DNA of 63,000 nucleotides, counting the filler, from an uncultured Methanosarcinales archaeon (GTDB lineage Archaea; Nanobdellota; Nanobdellia; Woesearchaeales; BS150m-G63): assembly GCA_964630685.1 (NCBI GenBank). It is 4 parts of 4 records of this genome, joined end to end, with 100 filler letters (N's around TTAATTAATTAA, not from the genome) between each part and the next. Parts side by side here need not be neighbours in the genome. Positions count along the whole stretch, not along the records: positions 26,730 to 47,743 come from CAZVVW010000014.1; 3 more parts are not named here. One strand, given 5' to 3'. This document shows positions 27,842 through 38,071 of this stretch, piece after piece. The notes below the pieces were generated by a model, which worked only from the letters and a program-made list of their open reading frames with translations, did no database searches and was not told where the DNA came from. The first letter of the stretch is position 1; each line of letters opens with the position of its first letter. The position numbers and the translations under genes were made by a program.

Positions 27842-30800
27842 GTGACTAAGATAAAAAGCATGGTGGTGCATGGATTTAAATCCTTTGCAAAGAGAACTGA
27901 ATTAGTGTTTGATCAAGATTTTAATGTTGTTCTAGGACCTAATGGAAGCGGCAAATCTAATGTTCTTGATGCACTTTGTTTTGTACTTGGAAAACGTTCT
28001 GCTAAAGCGTTAAGAGCAGAAAAAGCTTCTAATTTAATTTATAACGGCGGAAAAAAGAAAGATCCTGCCAAAAATGCAGAAGTGAGTATGGTTTTTGATA
28101 ATTCTGAAAATGAGTTTCCTACAAAAGATAGGGAAGTTAAGATAACTCGATTAATAAGTCATAGGGGGATGTCAACATATAAAATAAATGATCAAAGACG
28201 AACTAGACAACAAATTATTGATATGCTCGCTTTGGCTAGAATAAATCCAGATGGATATAATATAATTCTACAAGGAGATATTACTAGATTTGTAGAAATG
28301 TCACCTAAAGAAAGAAGGGAAGTTATTGGCGAAATAGCCGGCATTTCTTCATATGAAGAGAAAAAACATAAAGCAATGAATGAATTGGAAAAAGTTGATA
28401 GTAAATTGGGTGAAGCAGATATTGTGTTAAAAGAAAGAGGAACTTATCTTAAAGAATTAAGAAAAGAGAAAAAACAAGCAGAGAAGTTTAGGGAATGTGA
28501 TAATAAAATTAATCAAAATCGTGCAAGTTTTCTTAATATACAGATGAATGGCAAAAAAGAGAAAATAGATTTTCTTGAGAAAAGAAAAAGAATTCATTCA
28601 AAAGAATTTGATAAATATAATGATGATATAAAAAAAATTAGAGAAGAAATCAATAAAAATAAATCTGAAATTACTGAAATAACTCAAACTGTTGAGAAAA
28701 AAGGGGATAGCAATCTTACTAAATTGAATAAGTCTATTGAAGATTTGCGTGTTGATATTGCAACAAACAAAACAAGAGTAGGTTCTTGTGAGAATGAAGT
28801 TAGTAGAATTGAAACAAGAAAAAATCAGCTTTTGAAAAATATTTCTGAATTAGATGATAAGATGAGTGGTTTGGATAATGAAGTTGATGAATTAAAAGTT
28901 AAAAAAGAAAGATTACAAAATGAAGAAAAAAATGTATTGGGAAAAATCAAGTCATTTAAGGAAAAACATAAGTTAGGAGAAGAATCTGAAAAAATAGAAA
29001 AAGAAATGGAGAATATTGATAAACAGATTGAAGAATTTCAATTGGAGTCTCAACAATTGAGAGAAAAAGAACATGAATTATTTAGGAAAAAAGATGTCAT
29101 AGGGATTCAAATAAGCACTATCGAAGAAAAAGTTGAGAAAGTTGCACAAATTCGAAAAGAACATAAAAACCAAATAAAAGAGCTAGAGGATAAAAGGGAA
29201 GATTTCAAAAAAACAACACTTGAACTTAACACTTCTTTAGATGAAGATTCTGCATTTGCTGCCCAATTAAGTAATGCAAGAAATAAGTTATTGGGCGTTA
29301 AAGAAGAGTTATCTAAAGTTTCTGCTAGAAGTGCAGGTATAAGGGAAAAATCATTAGGTAATGTTGCTGTTAATAATATTATTAAAAATAAATCAAGATT
29401 TAAGGGGGTTCATGGAGTTATTTCTGAATTAGGGGAAGTTAATTCAAAATATGCAATTGCTTTGGAAATTGCTGCTGGAGGTAGAATTAAAAGTATTGTT
29501 GTAGAAGATGATTTTGTTGCTTCAGAATGTATCAAATACCTTAAACAAAATAAATTAGGAGTTGCTAATTTTTTACCTTTGAATAAATTAAAAGAAGCTA
29601 AGGTTTCTGATGGATTTAATGGTAAAAGTGGAGTGCTTGGTTATGCTCTTGATTTAATTTCTTTTGATCCTAAATTTAAAAAAGCATTTTCTTATGTTTT
29701 TGGTAACACCCTTGTTGTAAAAGATATTGTATCTGCAAGAAATATAGGTATAGGTTCTGTAAGAATGGTTACTATTGATGGTGATTTGATTGAAGTCAGT
29801 GGAGCAATGCAAGGAGGATTCAGAAGAAGAGATAAAGCGCTTGGATTTAGGGAAAAAGAGTTGAATAAAAGTCTTGGTGAATTAAATAGTAAGTCATCTG
29901 AACTGCAAAATATAATTGATGTACTTGAAAAGAATAGGGTTGAAAATGAAACTTTAATACAAGAGTTGAGGGAAAAGAAAGCTGAACTTGAAGGAGATAT
30001 AATCAAAAGCGAAAAAAGTTTACATTTAGGTTCAGAAGATCTTGATGCTACTAAAGATTCTAAAGGTGAACTGGAAAAAGAACTGAATGATGTTGGAAAA
30101 TCATTGACAAATGTACAGTTAGAGATATCAAATAGTAATAAAAAATTAGTTGAGCTAAAAACCAGAAAACAGCAGTTAAGGGATAAAATGAGTGAAGTTA
30201 AAAATCCTACTTTGCTGGCTGAATTAAATAGTTTTGAACAAACTAGACATAAAATACGTGAAGAAATTATTAAAGTTGAAACTAATTTGAATAATAATGA
30301 ATCTCAAGTTTCTGAAATGGTTGAGAGGGAAAGAGAAAGTGCTAATAAAATTATAAAACAACATGAAAAAGAATTGATCGAGTTTAAAGAAGAAATTGAA
30401 ACTCTCCAACAAAAGATAAAAAAACAACAAAAAGAATTGTCAGAGAAAGAATCTCAAGGAAAACAACTTTATTCTAAATTCAGGGCTTTATTTGATAAAC
30501 GAACCAAACTTAGTGATGAAATTAATAAATTTGAAAATAAGATGTACTCTTTTGAGGATAAAAGTAGAACTGTTGAACAAAAAATTAATATGATTTCTTT
30601 GGATGGTGCAAAATATAAAGCAGAATTTGCAGGACTCGAAGAAGAGTTTTCCCAATATAAAGGAGTTAAATTAGTTAAAAAATCTCTCGAAGAATTGAAA
30701 AAAGAGATTAGGGATTTTGAAAGGATGAGACAGAATATAGGTTCTGTGAATATGAAAGCACTTGAGATTTATGAGGCTGTTGAGAAACGTTATAATGAAT

Positions 30801-31330
30801 TGACTGATAAAAAAGTTAAATTAGTTGAAGAGAAAAAAGAGATTTTGGGAATGATGGAAGAAATTGAAATAAAGAAAATAGAATTATTTATGAAAACATT
30901 TGAAGCACTCACTGAAAGATTCCAAGAAGTGTTTACTAGAATTTCTACTAAAGGTAGTAAAGTTTATCTGGAGTTGGAGAATAAAAAGAATCCTTTTGAA
31001 GGTGGAATGAATATCAAAGCTAAAATTACTGGAAGCAAATTTTTAGATATCAGAAGTTTGAGTGGTGGCGAGAAAACATTAACTGCGCTTGCTTTTATTT
31101 TTGCAATTCAAGAATATGATCCTGCAAGTTTCTATGTTTTGGATGAAGTAGATGCTGCGCTCGATAAACATAATTCAGAAAAGTTGGCTGGATTGATAAG
31201 GCAGTATTCTTCTAAGGCTCAGTATGTAATGATTTCTCACAACGATTCTGTTATCTCAGAAGCAGATAATCTTTATGGTGTGAGTATGGATGAGCACGGC
31301 AGAAGTAAAGTTGTTAGTTTAAAGGTTTGA
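27842..31330 (+). CDS. smc: Chromosome segregation protein SMC
   Basis: GFKSF, GPNGSGKSN, coiled coils, hinge, LSGGEK, VLDEVDAALD. Confidence 0.97.
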   Translation: MTKIKSMVVHGFKSFAKRTELVFDQDFNVVLGPNGSGKSNVLDALCFVLGKRSAKALRAEKASNLIYNGGKKKDPAKNAEVSMVFDNSENEFPTKDREVKITRLISHRGMSTYKINDQRRTRQQIIDMLALARINPDGYNIILQGDITRFVEMSPKERREVIGEIAGISSYEEKKHKAMNELEKVDSKLGEADIVLKERGTYLKELRKEKKQAEKFRECDNKINQNRASFLNIQMNGKKEKIDFLEKRKRIHSKEFDKYNDDIKKIREEINKNKSEITEITQTVEKKGDSNLTKLNKSIEDLRVDIATNKTRVGSCENEVSRIETRKNQLLKNISELDDKMSGLDNEVDELKVKKERLQNEEKNVLGKIKSFKEKHKLGEESEKIEKEMENIDKQIEEFQLESQQLREKEHELFRKKDVIGIQISTIEEKVEKVAQIRKEHKNQIKELEDKREDFKKTTLELNTSLDEDSAFAAQLSNARNKLLGVKEELSKVSARSAGIREKSLGNVAVNNIIKNKSRFKGVHGVISELGEVNSKYAIALEIAAGGRIKSIVVEDDFVASECIKYLKQNKLGVANFLPLNKLKEAKVSDGFNGKSGVLGYALDLISFDPKFKKAFSYVFGNTLVVKDIVSARNIGIGSVRMVTIDGDLIEVSGAMQGGFRRRDKALGFREKELNKSLGELNSKSSELQNIIDVLEKNRVENETLIQELREKKAELEGDIIKSEKSLHLGSEDLDATKDSKGELEKELNDVGKSLTNVQLEISNSNKKLVELKTRKQQLRDKMSEVKNPTLLAELNSFEQTRHKIREEIIKVETNLNNNESQVSEMVERERESANKIIKQHEKELIEFKEEIETLQQKIKKQQKELSEKESQGKQLYSKFRALFDKRTKLSDEINKFENKMYSFEDKSRTVEQKINMISLDGAKYKAEFAGLEEEFSQYKGVKLVKKSLEELKKEIRDFERMRQNIGSVNMKALEIYEAVEKRYNELTDKKVKLVEEKKEILGMMEEIEIKKIELFMKTFEALTERFQEVFTRISTKGSKVYLELENKKNPFEGGMNIKAKITGSKFLDIRSLSGGEKTLTALAFIFAIQEYDPASFYVLDEVDAALDKHNSEKLAGLIRQYSSKAQYVMISHNDSVISEADNLYGVSMDEHGRSKVVSLKV

Positions 31331-31332
31331 AA

Positions 31333-31749
31333 ATGAAAAAAGGGGTGTTTGTTTTAGGGGTGTTTGTTTTAATGTTATTTATTTCTGGCTGTAATGTTGA
31401 AGTTAGTGAAGAATATCCTTTTTCTTTTGGGAGGATGATTTATTCTATTAGTGATTGTGATGAAACGCGTGAAAAAAGTATGGAAAAAACAAATATTATT
31501 TTTGAGGGAGATACTATTTTGTTAGACCAATCAATAGAATATGTCTGTTGTGCAAATATCTCTTTAAATTATAGAATTGATGAAGATGTGTTAAGAATTT
31601 ATGAAGATAATAAAGGCGATATGTGTAAATGTATGTGTACTTATGATATTAAAGCTAAAATCAAAGAAAAAGGAATAAATGAGGTTGAAGTTTATGGTAT
31701 TAAATATTCTGATTGGCCTTATGAGTTTATTATTGAGAAAAAACGTTGA
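31333..31749 (+). CDS. Putative lipoprotein
   Basis: MKKG-hydrophobic-LFISG|C lipobox; YVCCA and CKCMC motifs. Confidence 0.7.
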   Translation: MKKGVFVLGVFVLMLFISGCNVEVSEEYPFSFGRMIYSISDCDETREKSMEKTNIIFEGDTILLDQSIEYVCCANISLNYRIDEDVLRIYEDNKGDMCKCMCTYDIKAKIKEKGINEVEVYGIKYSDWPYEFIIEKKR

Positions 31750-31802
31750 GGTTGTTTATTCTACATAACTTTTATAAATAGAGCATTTATCTTGTGTTGT
31801 AG

Positions 31803-32132
31803 ATGTATAAAAAGCCAAATTATAACCCAGATGAAGAAGTGTTTAGAGTTAAATTACCAAGAGGTAAAGAAGTTTTAGGAATTCTTGAAGAAAGAGTTGG
31901 TGGTTCTAGAGCTAGAGTAAAATGTTTAGATGGTAAAACTCGTATTTGCAGAATTCCTGGTAGATTAAAAAGAAGATTGTGGGTAAGAGCAGGTAATGTT
32001 ATTATTATTGAACCGTGGGAACTTGGCGGTGACGAGAAAGGAGATATTATTTATAAGTACAGGCCAAATCAAGTTGCTTGGTTAAAGAAGAACGGGCATT
32101 TGGATAAACTCTCTGATTTCAATGAGTTCTAG
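31803..32132 (+). CDS. eif1a: Translation initiation factor aIF-1A
   Basis: VKCLDGKTRICRIPGRLKRRLWVRAG...PW...KGDIIYKY. Confidence 0.95.
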   Translation: MYKKPNYNPDEEVFRVKLPRGKEVLGILEERVGGSRARVKCLDGKTRICRIPGRLKRRLWVRAGNVIIIEPWELGGDEKGDIIYKYRPNQVAWLKKNGHLDKLSDFNEF

Positions 32133-32220
32133 TTATTTATTTTAGTAATTAAAGTTTTGGGTTTATTATATTAATTAAATCGAAAAATTTATAAACTATA
32201 GTGACTATACTGACTATAGA

Positions 32221-32430
32221 ATGATTAGTACAATACAAATAAGTAAAGAATCTAAAGAACTTATTGGCTCTTTTGGCGCCAAAGAAGATACTTATGAAGA
32301 TATAATTAAAAGAATGTATAAATTGGCTGTTAAAGAACAATTGAGAGAATTTCTTATGTCATCTAAAGGTACAATCTCATTAGATGAAGCCAGAAGGAGA
32401 TTAGAAAAGAAATGGCCAAGATCGAAATAG
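32221..32430 (+). CDS. Putative antitoxin
   Basis: STIQISKE...TYEDII...ISLDEA pattern; overlaps the downstream gene. Confidence 0.7.
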   Translation: MISTIQISKESKELIGSFGAKEDTYEDIIKRMYKLAVKEQLREFLMSSKGTISLDEARRRLEKKWPRSK

Positions 32431-32753
32431 TCGAATCTTTATATTCTGAAATAGAGAAGAAGTTTAAAGAAGAATCTCATAAAATGATTGATTTATTGGA
32501 ATCTTTGGAAAACTCTCCCAAAAAAGGAAAAATCTTGGGCGTTGTTGGAGGAATAATTATTAAAGAACTAAAATATAAAAGTTTTAGATTTTATTTTATT
32601 GTAGATGGATTTAAATTAAAAATTTTATCTAAAGAGGAATTAACAGACATTTTATTAAGATTTGTCGGGATGTCTGATAAAAAACACCAACAAAAGACAA
32701 TAGATGAGATAAAATTAATTTTAGCTAAAATTGGTCCTTCTGGTTTTTCATAA
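32412..32753 (+). CDS. Putative RelE/ParE-like toxin
   Basis: SPKKGK...IKELKYKSFRFYF; paired with the upstream antitoxin-like gene. Confidence 0.6.
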   Translation: MAKIEIVESLYSEIEKKFKEESHKMIDLLESLENSPKKGKILGVVGGIIIKELKYKSFRFYFIVDGFKLKILSKEELTDILLRFVGMSDKKHQQKTIDEIKLILAKIGPSGFS

Positions 32754-32880
32754 TTACATTATAAGATTTGTTAAATTTCGTCTTAAAGGGATGCTAAAGA
32801 TTAAACCAAAAAAGTTTAATCTTTATTACCACTCTAGAATAGAAAATATTAAATATGATTTATCTTTAATTTGAGATATC

Positions 32881-33558
32881 ATGAAAAAAGATTATTTTTG
32901 GGTGGTAGGGTTTTTATTTCTTAGTTTAATTGGATTAGTTTCATTAGTTTTCTCTTTAGAAAAGAGTTTTTATCTTGAATTATTCTTTTTTGAGGTATTT
33001 GTGATTTTTGCAATCATAGTTTCTGTCGGAGTGTATAAACAAAAAAAGTGGGGATGGCCTTTAGGTTTTATATTTTTTATATTGTTTGGACTTAATTTGT
33101 TATATGTTGCTAGTTTGGTTACAATGAGCTGGTTGTTATTTTTGCTTGCTTTATTATGTTTATTGGAGATAGTGTTTTTTTTTATGAGTATGAGTGTTAG
33201 ATATGAACAAGAGGAGATTCCTAAGTATGAAGAGGAAAGAAGAGATTCCTTTTATAATGAAAGAGAGATGAGAGAGATAGAAAAAGAATTTGGGATAGAG
33301 CCCCAGTTGTATAAAAGAAAAGATGTTGAAGAACCTGAAATTAAAATAAAAAAAGAAAAAAAATTAGTAACAAAACAAAAAACAAAAATTAAATCAAAAT
33401 CTAAAAAAATAGAATTCGTTGCAAGTAAAAATTCATCAGTTTATCATGTTAAGGATTGTGTTTTTGCTAAACGAATAAAAGCAAAAGACAAGATTGTTTT
33501 TAATTCTAAAATTGCTGCAGGGAGAAAAAAGTATAAAGCGCATAGTTGTGCTAAATGA
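32881..33558 (+). CDS. Membrane protein with C-terminal Ada-like metal-binding domain
   Basis: Four N-terminal TMs; VASKNSSVYHVKDC..AKRI...YKAHSC. Confidence 0.7.
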   Translation: MKKDYFWVVGFLFLSLIGLVSLVFSLEKSFYLELFFFEVFVIFAIIVSVGVYKQKKWGWPLGFIFFILFGLNLLYVASLVTMSWLLFLLALLCLLEIVFFFMSMSVRYEQEEIPKYEEERRDSFYNEREMREIEKEFGIEPQLYKRKDVEEPEIKIKKEKKLVTKQKTKIKSKSKKIEFVASKNSSVYHVKDCVFAKRIKAKDKIVFNSKIAAGRKKYKAHSCAK

Positions 33559-33586
33559 TTTTTTAGTTACTTTTAATTATTTTTAC

Positions 33587-34042
33587 TTACTTTTTCTTTA
33601 GATAATAAAATATTAAATAAATCACTCCAATAGTGATACAAGCATCTGCTATGTTGAAGATTGGCCAGATTCGGAAGTCTATAAAATCTATTATATGTCC
33701 TCTGAAAATTCTGTCGAGTAAATTGGAGAATGCTCCTGCTAAAATTAAGGAGATGGATAATTGTGCATTTCTCGCTTTTGGAAGATGCTCCCATAAATAA
33801 AGCACTCCGCCGAGAATCATTATTGTTAGGAAAATTAAAAGAGCGTTTGTGTTTTTTAGTAGTCCAAAACCAATTCCTGTGTTTGTTGCGAGAGTTATAT
33901 AAAAAAAGTTTTTGATTATTGTTATTGGTTGATGGAAAGTTAGGTTAGATACTGCTAAATATTTAATTAATTGGTCTATTAAGATTATTAGAATTCCAAG
34001 GGGAAGAAATTTAGATTGTTTTTTTGATCTTTTTTTTACCAT
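33587..34042 (-). CDS. lspA: Lipoprotein signal peptidase (signal peptidase II)
   Basis: DQLIK, NTGIGFG, GAFSNLLDR, DFID, FNIAD. Confidence 0.93.
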   Translation of the reverse strand: MVKKRSKKQSKFLPLGILIILIDQLIKYLAVSNLTFHQPITIIKNFFYITLATNTGIGFGLLKNTNALLIFLTIMILGGVLYLWEHLPKARNAQLSISLILAGAFSNLLDRIFRGHIIDFIDFRIWPIFNIADACITIGVIYLIFYYLKKK

Positions 34043-34449
34043 CCTTTATCTTTTTTATGCGATGACTCTATATAATTTTCTATTTTTATAAGTCTTAATT
34101 TTATATTCTCCATTCCAGATTTGATGGTATCTAATTTTGATGAGATTAATTCTATGCTATTTTTTGGTAATTCTGGTGCTGGTTGAGCTCCTGCGTGTTT
34201 TCCAGGAAGATTTCCAGGGTCCTGCATTGGGGGGCTTAAGGTTGATTCTAAAGGTTTACTTAAGTCTTGATTATTAAATTCTGGTAGCTCATGTGTTTGT
34301 GCTTGTTGTTGTAAAAGATCTTTATTCATTTGGTCGCCTAAAGGATCTCCCAACCCTAAATCATCTTTTAAAGGTTCTGAACCTAATTCAGAAATATCTG
34401 GTTCCGATTCCTCTTTTTTCCAAAACATTAATTTATCTTTAAAACTCAT
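34036..34449 (-). CDS. Hypothetical protein (disordered middle, C-terminal coiled coil)
   Basis: Operonic ORF; ELISSKLDTIK...RLIKIE. Confidence 0.7.
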   Translation of the reverse strand: MSFKDKLMFWKKEESEPDISELGSEPLKDDLGLGDPLGDQMNKDLLQQQAQTHELPEFNNQDLSKPLESTLSPPMQDPGNLPGKHAGAQPAPELPKNSIELISSKLDTIKSGMENIKLRLIKIENYIESSHKKDKGW

Positions 34450-34451
34450 TG

Positions 34452-36956
34452 TTAATCACCTTTTTTGAATATTTTGTTTAATACAAATTTAATGAACCCT
34501 ATGAAACCTTTTTTAGATTCTTGGGTTTGTGCTGTTTTTGTTTCTTGTTCAGTTGTTTCTGTTGTTGTTGTTTCTGTCTCTTCCTCTGTTTCTGGAAGAG
34601 TTATGTTAATAATTGCTTTTTCTGAATAAGCAGTTATTGGTTTATTAAGATAAGTATAAGTTAATTGTGATTCTGGTAATTCAATATAATTATAGATTGG
34701 GTCTATAGTATAAAGAATTTTTCTTTTTTTGTCTGGATCCAAAGCAAAACTCCATTTTTTTCCGTCATCTTTTAATGCTATGTTTGCAGAAGTATCTCCC
34801 TGATTTTCTATATCTAAAGTTATAAGAATCGTACCTTGAGTGTATTCTGCTGTTTTAGTTATGAAAAAGAGAGGGCCTTGGATGTAACTTTTATCGATTC
34901 TTAATGTGCCTGTGTTTGAAGAAACTTGATATTCATTTCCTTGATAGTCTTTGAATTTAAGGATTGTTTCGTTTATGTAGAGAGTGCCGTTGTATTTAGG
35001 CCTTATCTGTTCTATTGCGTTAAGAATTATTTTTTCTCCAGGCCCCAAAGGGCTCGGTATCTGGAACCTTGCTTGACCTATTCTGTCTAGACCTATTTGT
35101 TTGGGAAATACTAAAGTTAGATCTTTTATTGTTTCTAATTCTCCGTTGTAAATCTCATAATCAATATTTATTAATTCGCTTATGTACATTGTTGAATCAT
35201 CAACTGTTTTTTTTATTGTTGGGGTGAGTGTTTTTTCTTCTGCTGTACTTGTTGAGGTTCCTGTTACTGTAAAAGAAGCTTGTTTTTGATAAGTGTAATT
35301 TATATTGTCTTCATAAGTCGCTGTGGTGTTTATGTAATAAGTGGTTGTTTCTGCTGTTTCTGGAATTGTTAATTGATACGAATAAACATCTCTTGTAGTT
35401 CCTTCTTCTATGTTTATTGTTCTTTCACTTTTTGTGTTAGGAACTAATAATGAAGAGCTAAAATTATCGTAAACATAGATATCTTCTAAGTCAATAATTC
35501 GGTTGTTCTTTAATGAAATTTTTACAGTAATCGTATCTCCAGGTTCGGGAGTCGTATCGCTTATTGTGTGAGTGATATCTAAAGAAGGAACTGGTTGAAT
35601 CTTCATGGTTTTTGTGTAGAGGTTATTGAACTGCTCTCCATAAGGTGTTTTATAATATGTTTCTATGTTAAATGGATAATTTGTTGTTGATTCCACAAAT
35701 GGCGCAGTTATTGTGAATTCATTTATTTTTATATTGTCTGATTTGTTTAAAGTATTGAAATAATTTCCTTGTTCGTTTGTTAGATTTGTGTCAAAATTTA
35801 TATCAACATATCTAAGTGGAATGTTGGAGTAATTGTTTTTTAGATAAACAGTTACTTTTCTTTGTCTTCCAGATTCTAATGCCTCATTGTCTTGGAGATT
35901 TGTTGTTATTTTTATTCCTTGGTCTTTTATTTCAAAATCAATTTTTTCTTCAATCTCATATCTCAAACCATCTTTTTCATATTCTCCTTCTATGAAAATA
36001 TATGATTTCCCACTTAATTTTCCTTTTAAGTCAAAAGTTAATTCATCATAAGATTCTTTGTCTAATTCCCCTGTTAATTGGAATGTGTTTGTAGTCATTT
36101 CTGAAATGGTGTTTGGATGAGTGTCTTCTACTATTAGGGAATTTGGAATATTTATTAATAAATAATTTATTGTTAATTTTTGATTGTCTAGATTTGTTAA
36201 ATTTATTGTAAGTGTGGCTTCATCATCAATATAGAATTCATTATCATCTTCTACTTCATCTTCATCAAATTCTGTTTTGATATCTAATAAATGTTCTATT
36301 GTTATGTGGAATGTATTTGATGTTTTGTTTTTTTGTTCTTTTGCATTGAAATAAGTTAGGCTTGCTTTTGAGGTTTGGTCTAATTCTTCCTTTGCTTTAA
36401 TCTCATAAGTTATTATTTCTGTATCTCCTTGGTCTATATTTTCGTTGAAAAGAATAGTGTTTGCTGAAGCTTGACAATTACTGGTGCTAATTATCCCTAT
36501 TTCATTTGGAAGAATGTCTTGGTATAATAATTCTGTCGCATCATTGTGTCCTGTGTTTTCAAGAGTTACAGTGATTGTGGTTTCATCTCCGACATATAGT
36601 TCATCTTCCTCTATTGTTCTTGCCAATGAGATGTCTGCTGTTTCTGAGTATATTTGAATTTTTACTTTGTATTCGGAAGTGTACATATCATATTCGCTTT
36701 CAGTATAACACGCCTGAATGTATGATTCATCAACACAGTCTCCTTCATAGATTATTGCATTGTAATTTCCGAATTGCAAGTATATTTTATCTGGGTTTGA
36801 ACTTGTGAAGAAAATTGAATAAGGAAGATCTCGAAGAATAAAGGTGTCTCCACTGTAGTGCCATTTGTCATGGATTTTTGTGGAAGCAGCACTCACTTGA
36901 GATGCAAGTAATATGATTGTTGTGGTTATGAGTATTGCTTTTGTTAAATTGTTCAT
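34452..36956 (-). CDS. Secreted multi-Ig (DUF11/COG1361 S-layer-like) protein
   Basis: Signal peptide; repeated VGDETTITVTLENTG / PGDTITVKISLKN modules. Confidence 0.8.
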   Translation of the reverse strand: MNNLTKAILITTTIILLASQVSAASTKIHDKWHYSGDTFILRDLPYSIFFTSSNPDKIYLQFGNYNAIIYEGDCVDESYIQACYTESEYDMYTSEYKVKIQIYSETADISLARTIEEDELYVGDETTITVTLENTGHNDATELLYQDILPNEIGIISTSNCQASANTILFNENIDQGDTEIITYEIKAKEELDQTSKASLTYFNAKEQKNKTSNTFHITIEHLLDIKTEFDEDEVEDDNEFYIDDEATLTINLTNLDNQKLTINYLLINIPNSLIVEDTHPNTISEMTTNTFQLTGELDKESYDELTFDLKGKLSGKSYIFIEGEYEKDGLRYEIEEKIDFEIKDQGIKITTNLQDNEALESGRQRKVTVYLKNNYSNIPLRYVDINFDTNLTNEQGNYFNTLNKSDNIKINEFTITAPFVESTTNYPFNIETYYKTPYGEQFNNLYTKTMKIQPVPSLDITHTISDTTPEPGDTITVKISLKNNRIIDLEDIYVYDNFSSSLLVPNTKSERTINIEEGTTRDVYSYQLTIPETAETTTYYINTTATYEDNINYTYQKQASFTVTGTSTSTAEEKTLTPTIKKTVDDSTMYISELINIDYEIYNGELETIKDLTLVFPKQIGLDRIGQARFQIPSPLGPGEKIILNAIEQIRPKYNGTLYINETILKFKDYQGNEYQVSSNTGTLRIDKSYIQGPLFFITKTAEYTQGTILITLDIENQGDTSANIALKDDGKKWSFALDPDKKRKILYTIDPIYNYIELPESQLTYTYLNKPITAYSEKAIINITLPETEEETETTTTETTEQETKTAQTQESKKGFIGFIKFVLNKIFKKGD

Positions 36957-37750
36957 TTTACGTTGTTGATTTTTTCAGATACAAAATCGAGTAAATAATC
37001 AGGTATTACTTTGATAAATTTGAAAGTGATTGTTTCTGGATAGAGCACTATATTGTCTTGACGATATTCTTCTAGAATTACCATTGGATCTTCTTGAGTT
37101 ATCTGTGCTGTTAAAAGTATAAAGATGAGCGCTTTTAATTGAGTATCTTCTTCTATGTTTAATTGAGATTTGAAATCTTCCATAAGTTGTTCTTTTTGAG
37201 ATTTAAGCTGTTCTTCTATCTGTGGCCACAATTCTTCTGGATATTTATTTAGCTGTTCTATCTTTATTTCTTCTAAAAATTTATCTGCTAATTGTTCTAT
37301 TGCATTATCCACTTCTAATAATGATAAGAGATAGTCTTTAGTGAATTCCATGTTATTGAATTCAACTATCGAGATATCTTTGAAAATATTTGAGTTTATG
37401 ATTATTAATTTGTAGCTGTTTGTTAGTATATTTTGAAGTGGTTGGTTTTGATAACTTTGGATTTGTGCAGATGTTAGAAATTCTGCATTATTTTGAAGTT
37501 CTCGAATATCTGCTATTTTAAACCCTGCAACATAATTGTTGTTGTGGGATAGGAGAAATGTTTTTTCTTCTAGGGGGAAATTGTCTTTTAATTCCATTGC
37601 ATCTAGATAAATCATAAATCCAAGAATTAATTCAATTATTAGGAAAATTCCTATTGTAAATCCAATTGTCTTAGGGATACTTTTTGTGAAAAGATATAAT
37701 AGTACTACAATTATTATGAATGTGACTGTTGAAATTATTAAAATATCCAT
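36953..37750 (-). CDS. Hypothetical membrane protein
   Basis: Two N-terminal TMs; GAGGTGA RBS. Confidence 0.75.
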   Translation of the reverse strand: MDILIISTVTFIIIVVLLYLFTKSIPKTIGFTIGIFLIIELILGFMIYLDAMELKDNFPLEEKTFLLSHNNNYVAGFKIADIRELQNNAEFLTSAQIQSYQNQPLQNILTNSYKLIIINSNIFKDISIVEFNNMEFTKDYLLSLLEVDNAIEQLADKFLEEIKIEQLNKYPEELWPQIEEQLKSQKEQLMEDFKSQLNIEEDTQLKALIFILLTAQITQEDPMVILEEYRQDNIVLYPETITFKFIKVIPDYLLDFVSEKINNVK

Positions 37751-38071
37751 TATTCACCTCTTAGAGTTCACAATTAGTTTGAAATTATTTAAACCTTATG
37801 TTTTTTTGGAAGAATGAATAACTAAATGAATAAATAAATAAATAAATAAATTGGGGGATTATATTAAGATATAGTTAGAATGTTAAATATATTTTTTAAT
37901 TAGATTATCAATACTTTCTTTTTTTCTTTGATTTTTTGTATGATTTAATACTAAAAATACTAGGGAAATATATTGGTTTGTTTTAGTTGGGTGTTTTTTT
38001 GTAATTGTTTTTATTACTATAGGGTAGAAAATATCTAAAAGTTTATATATTTAATTGTTTTTTGTCGTGTT

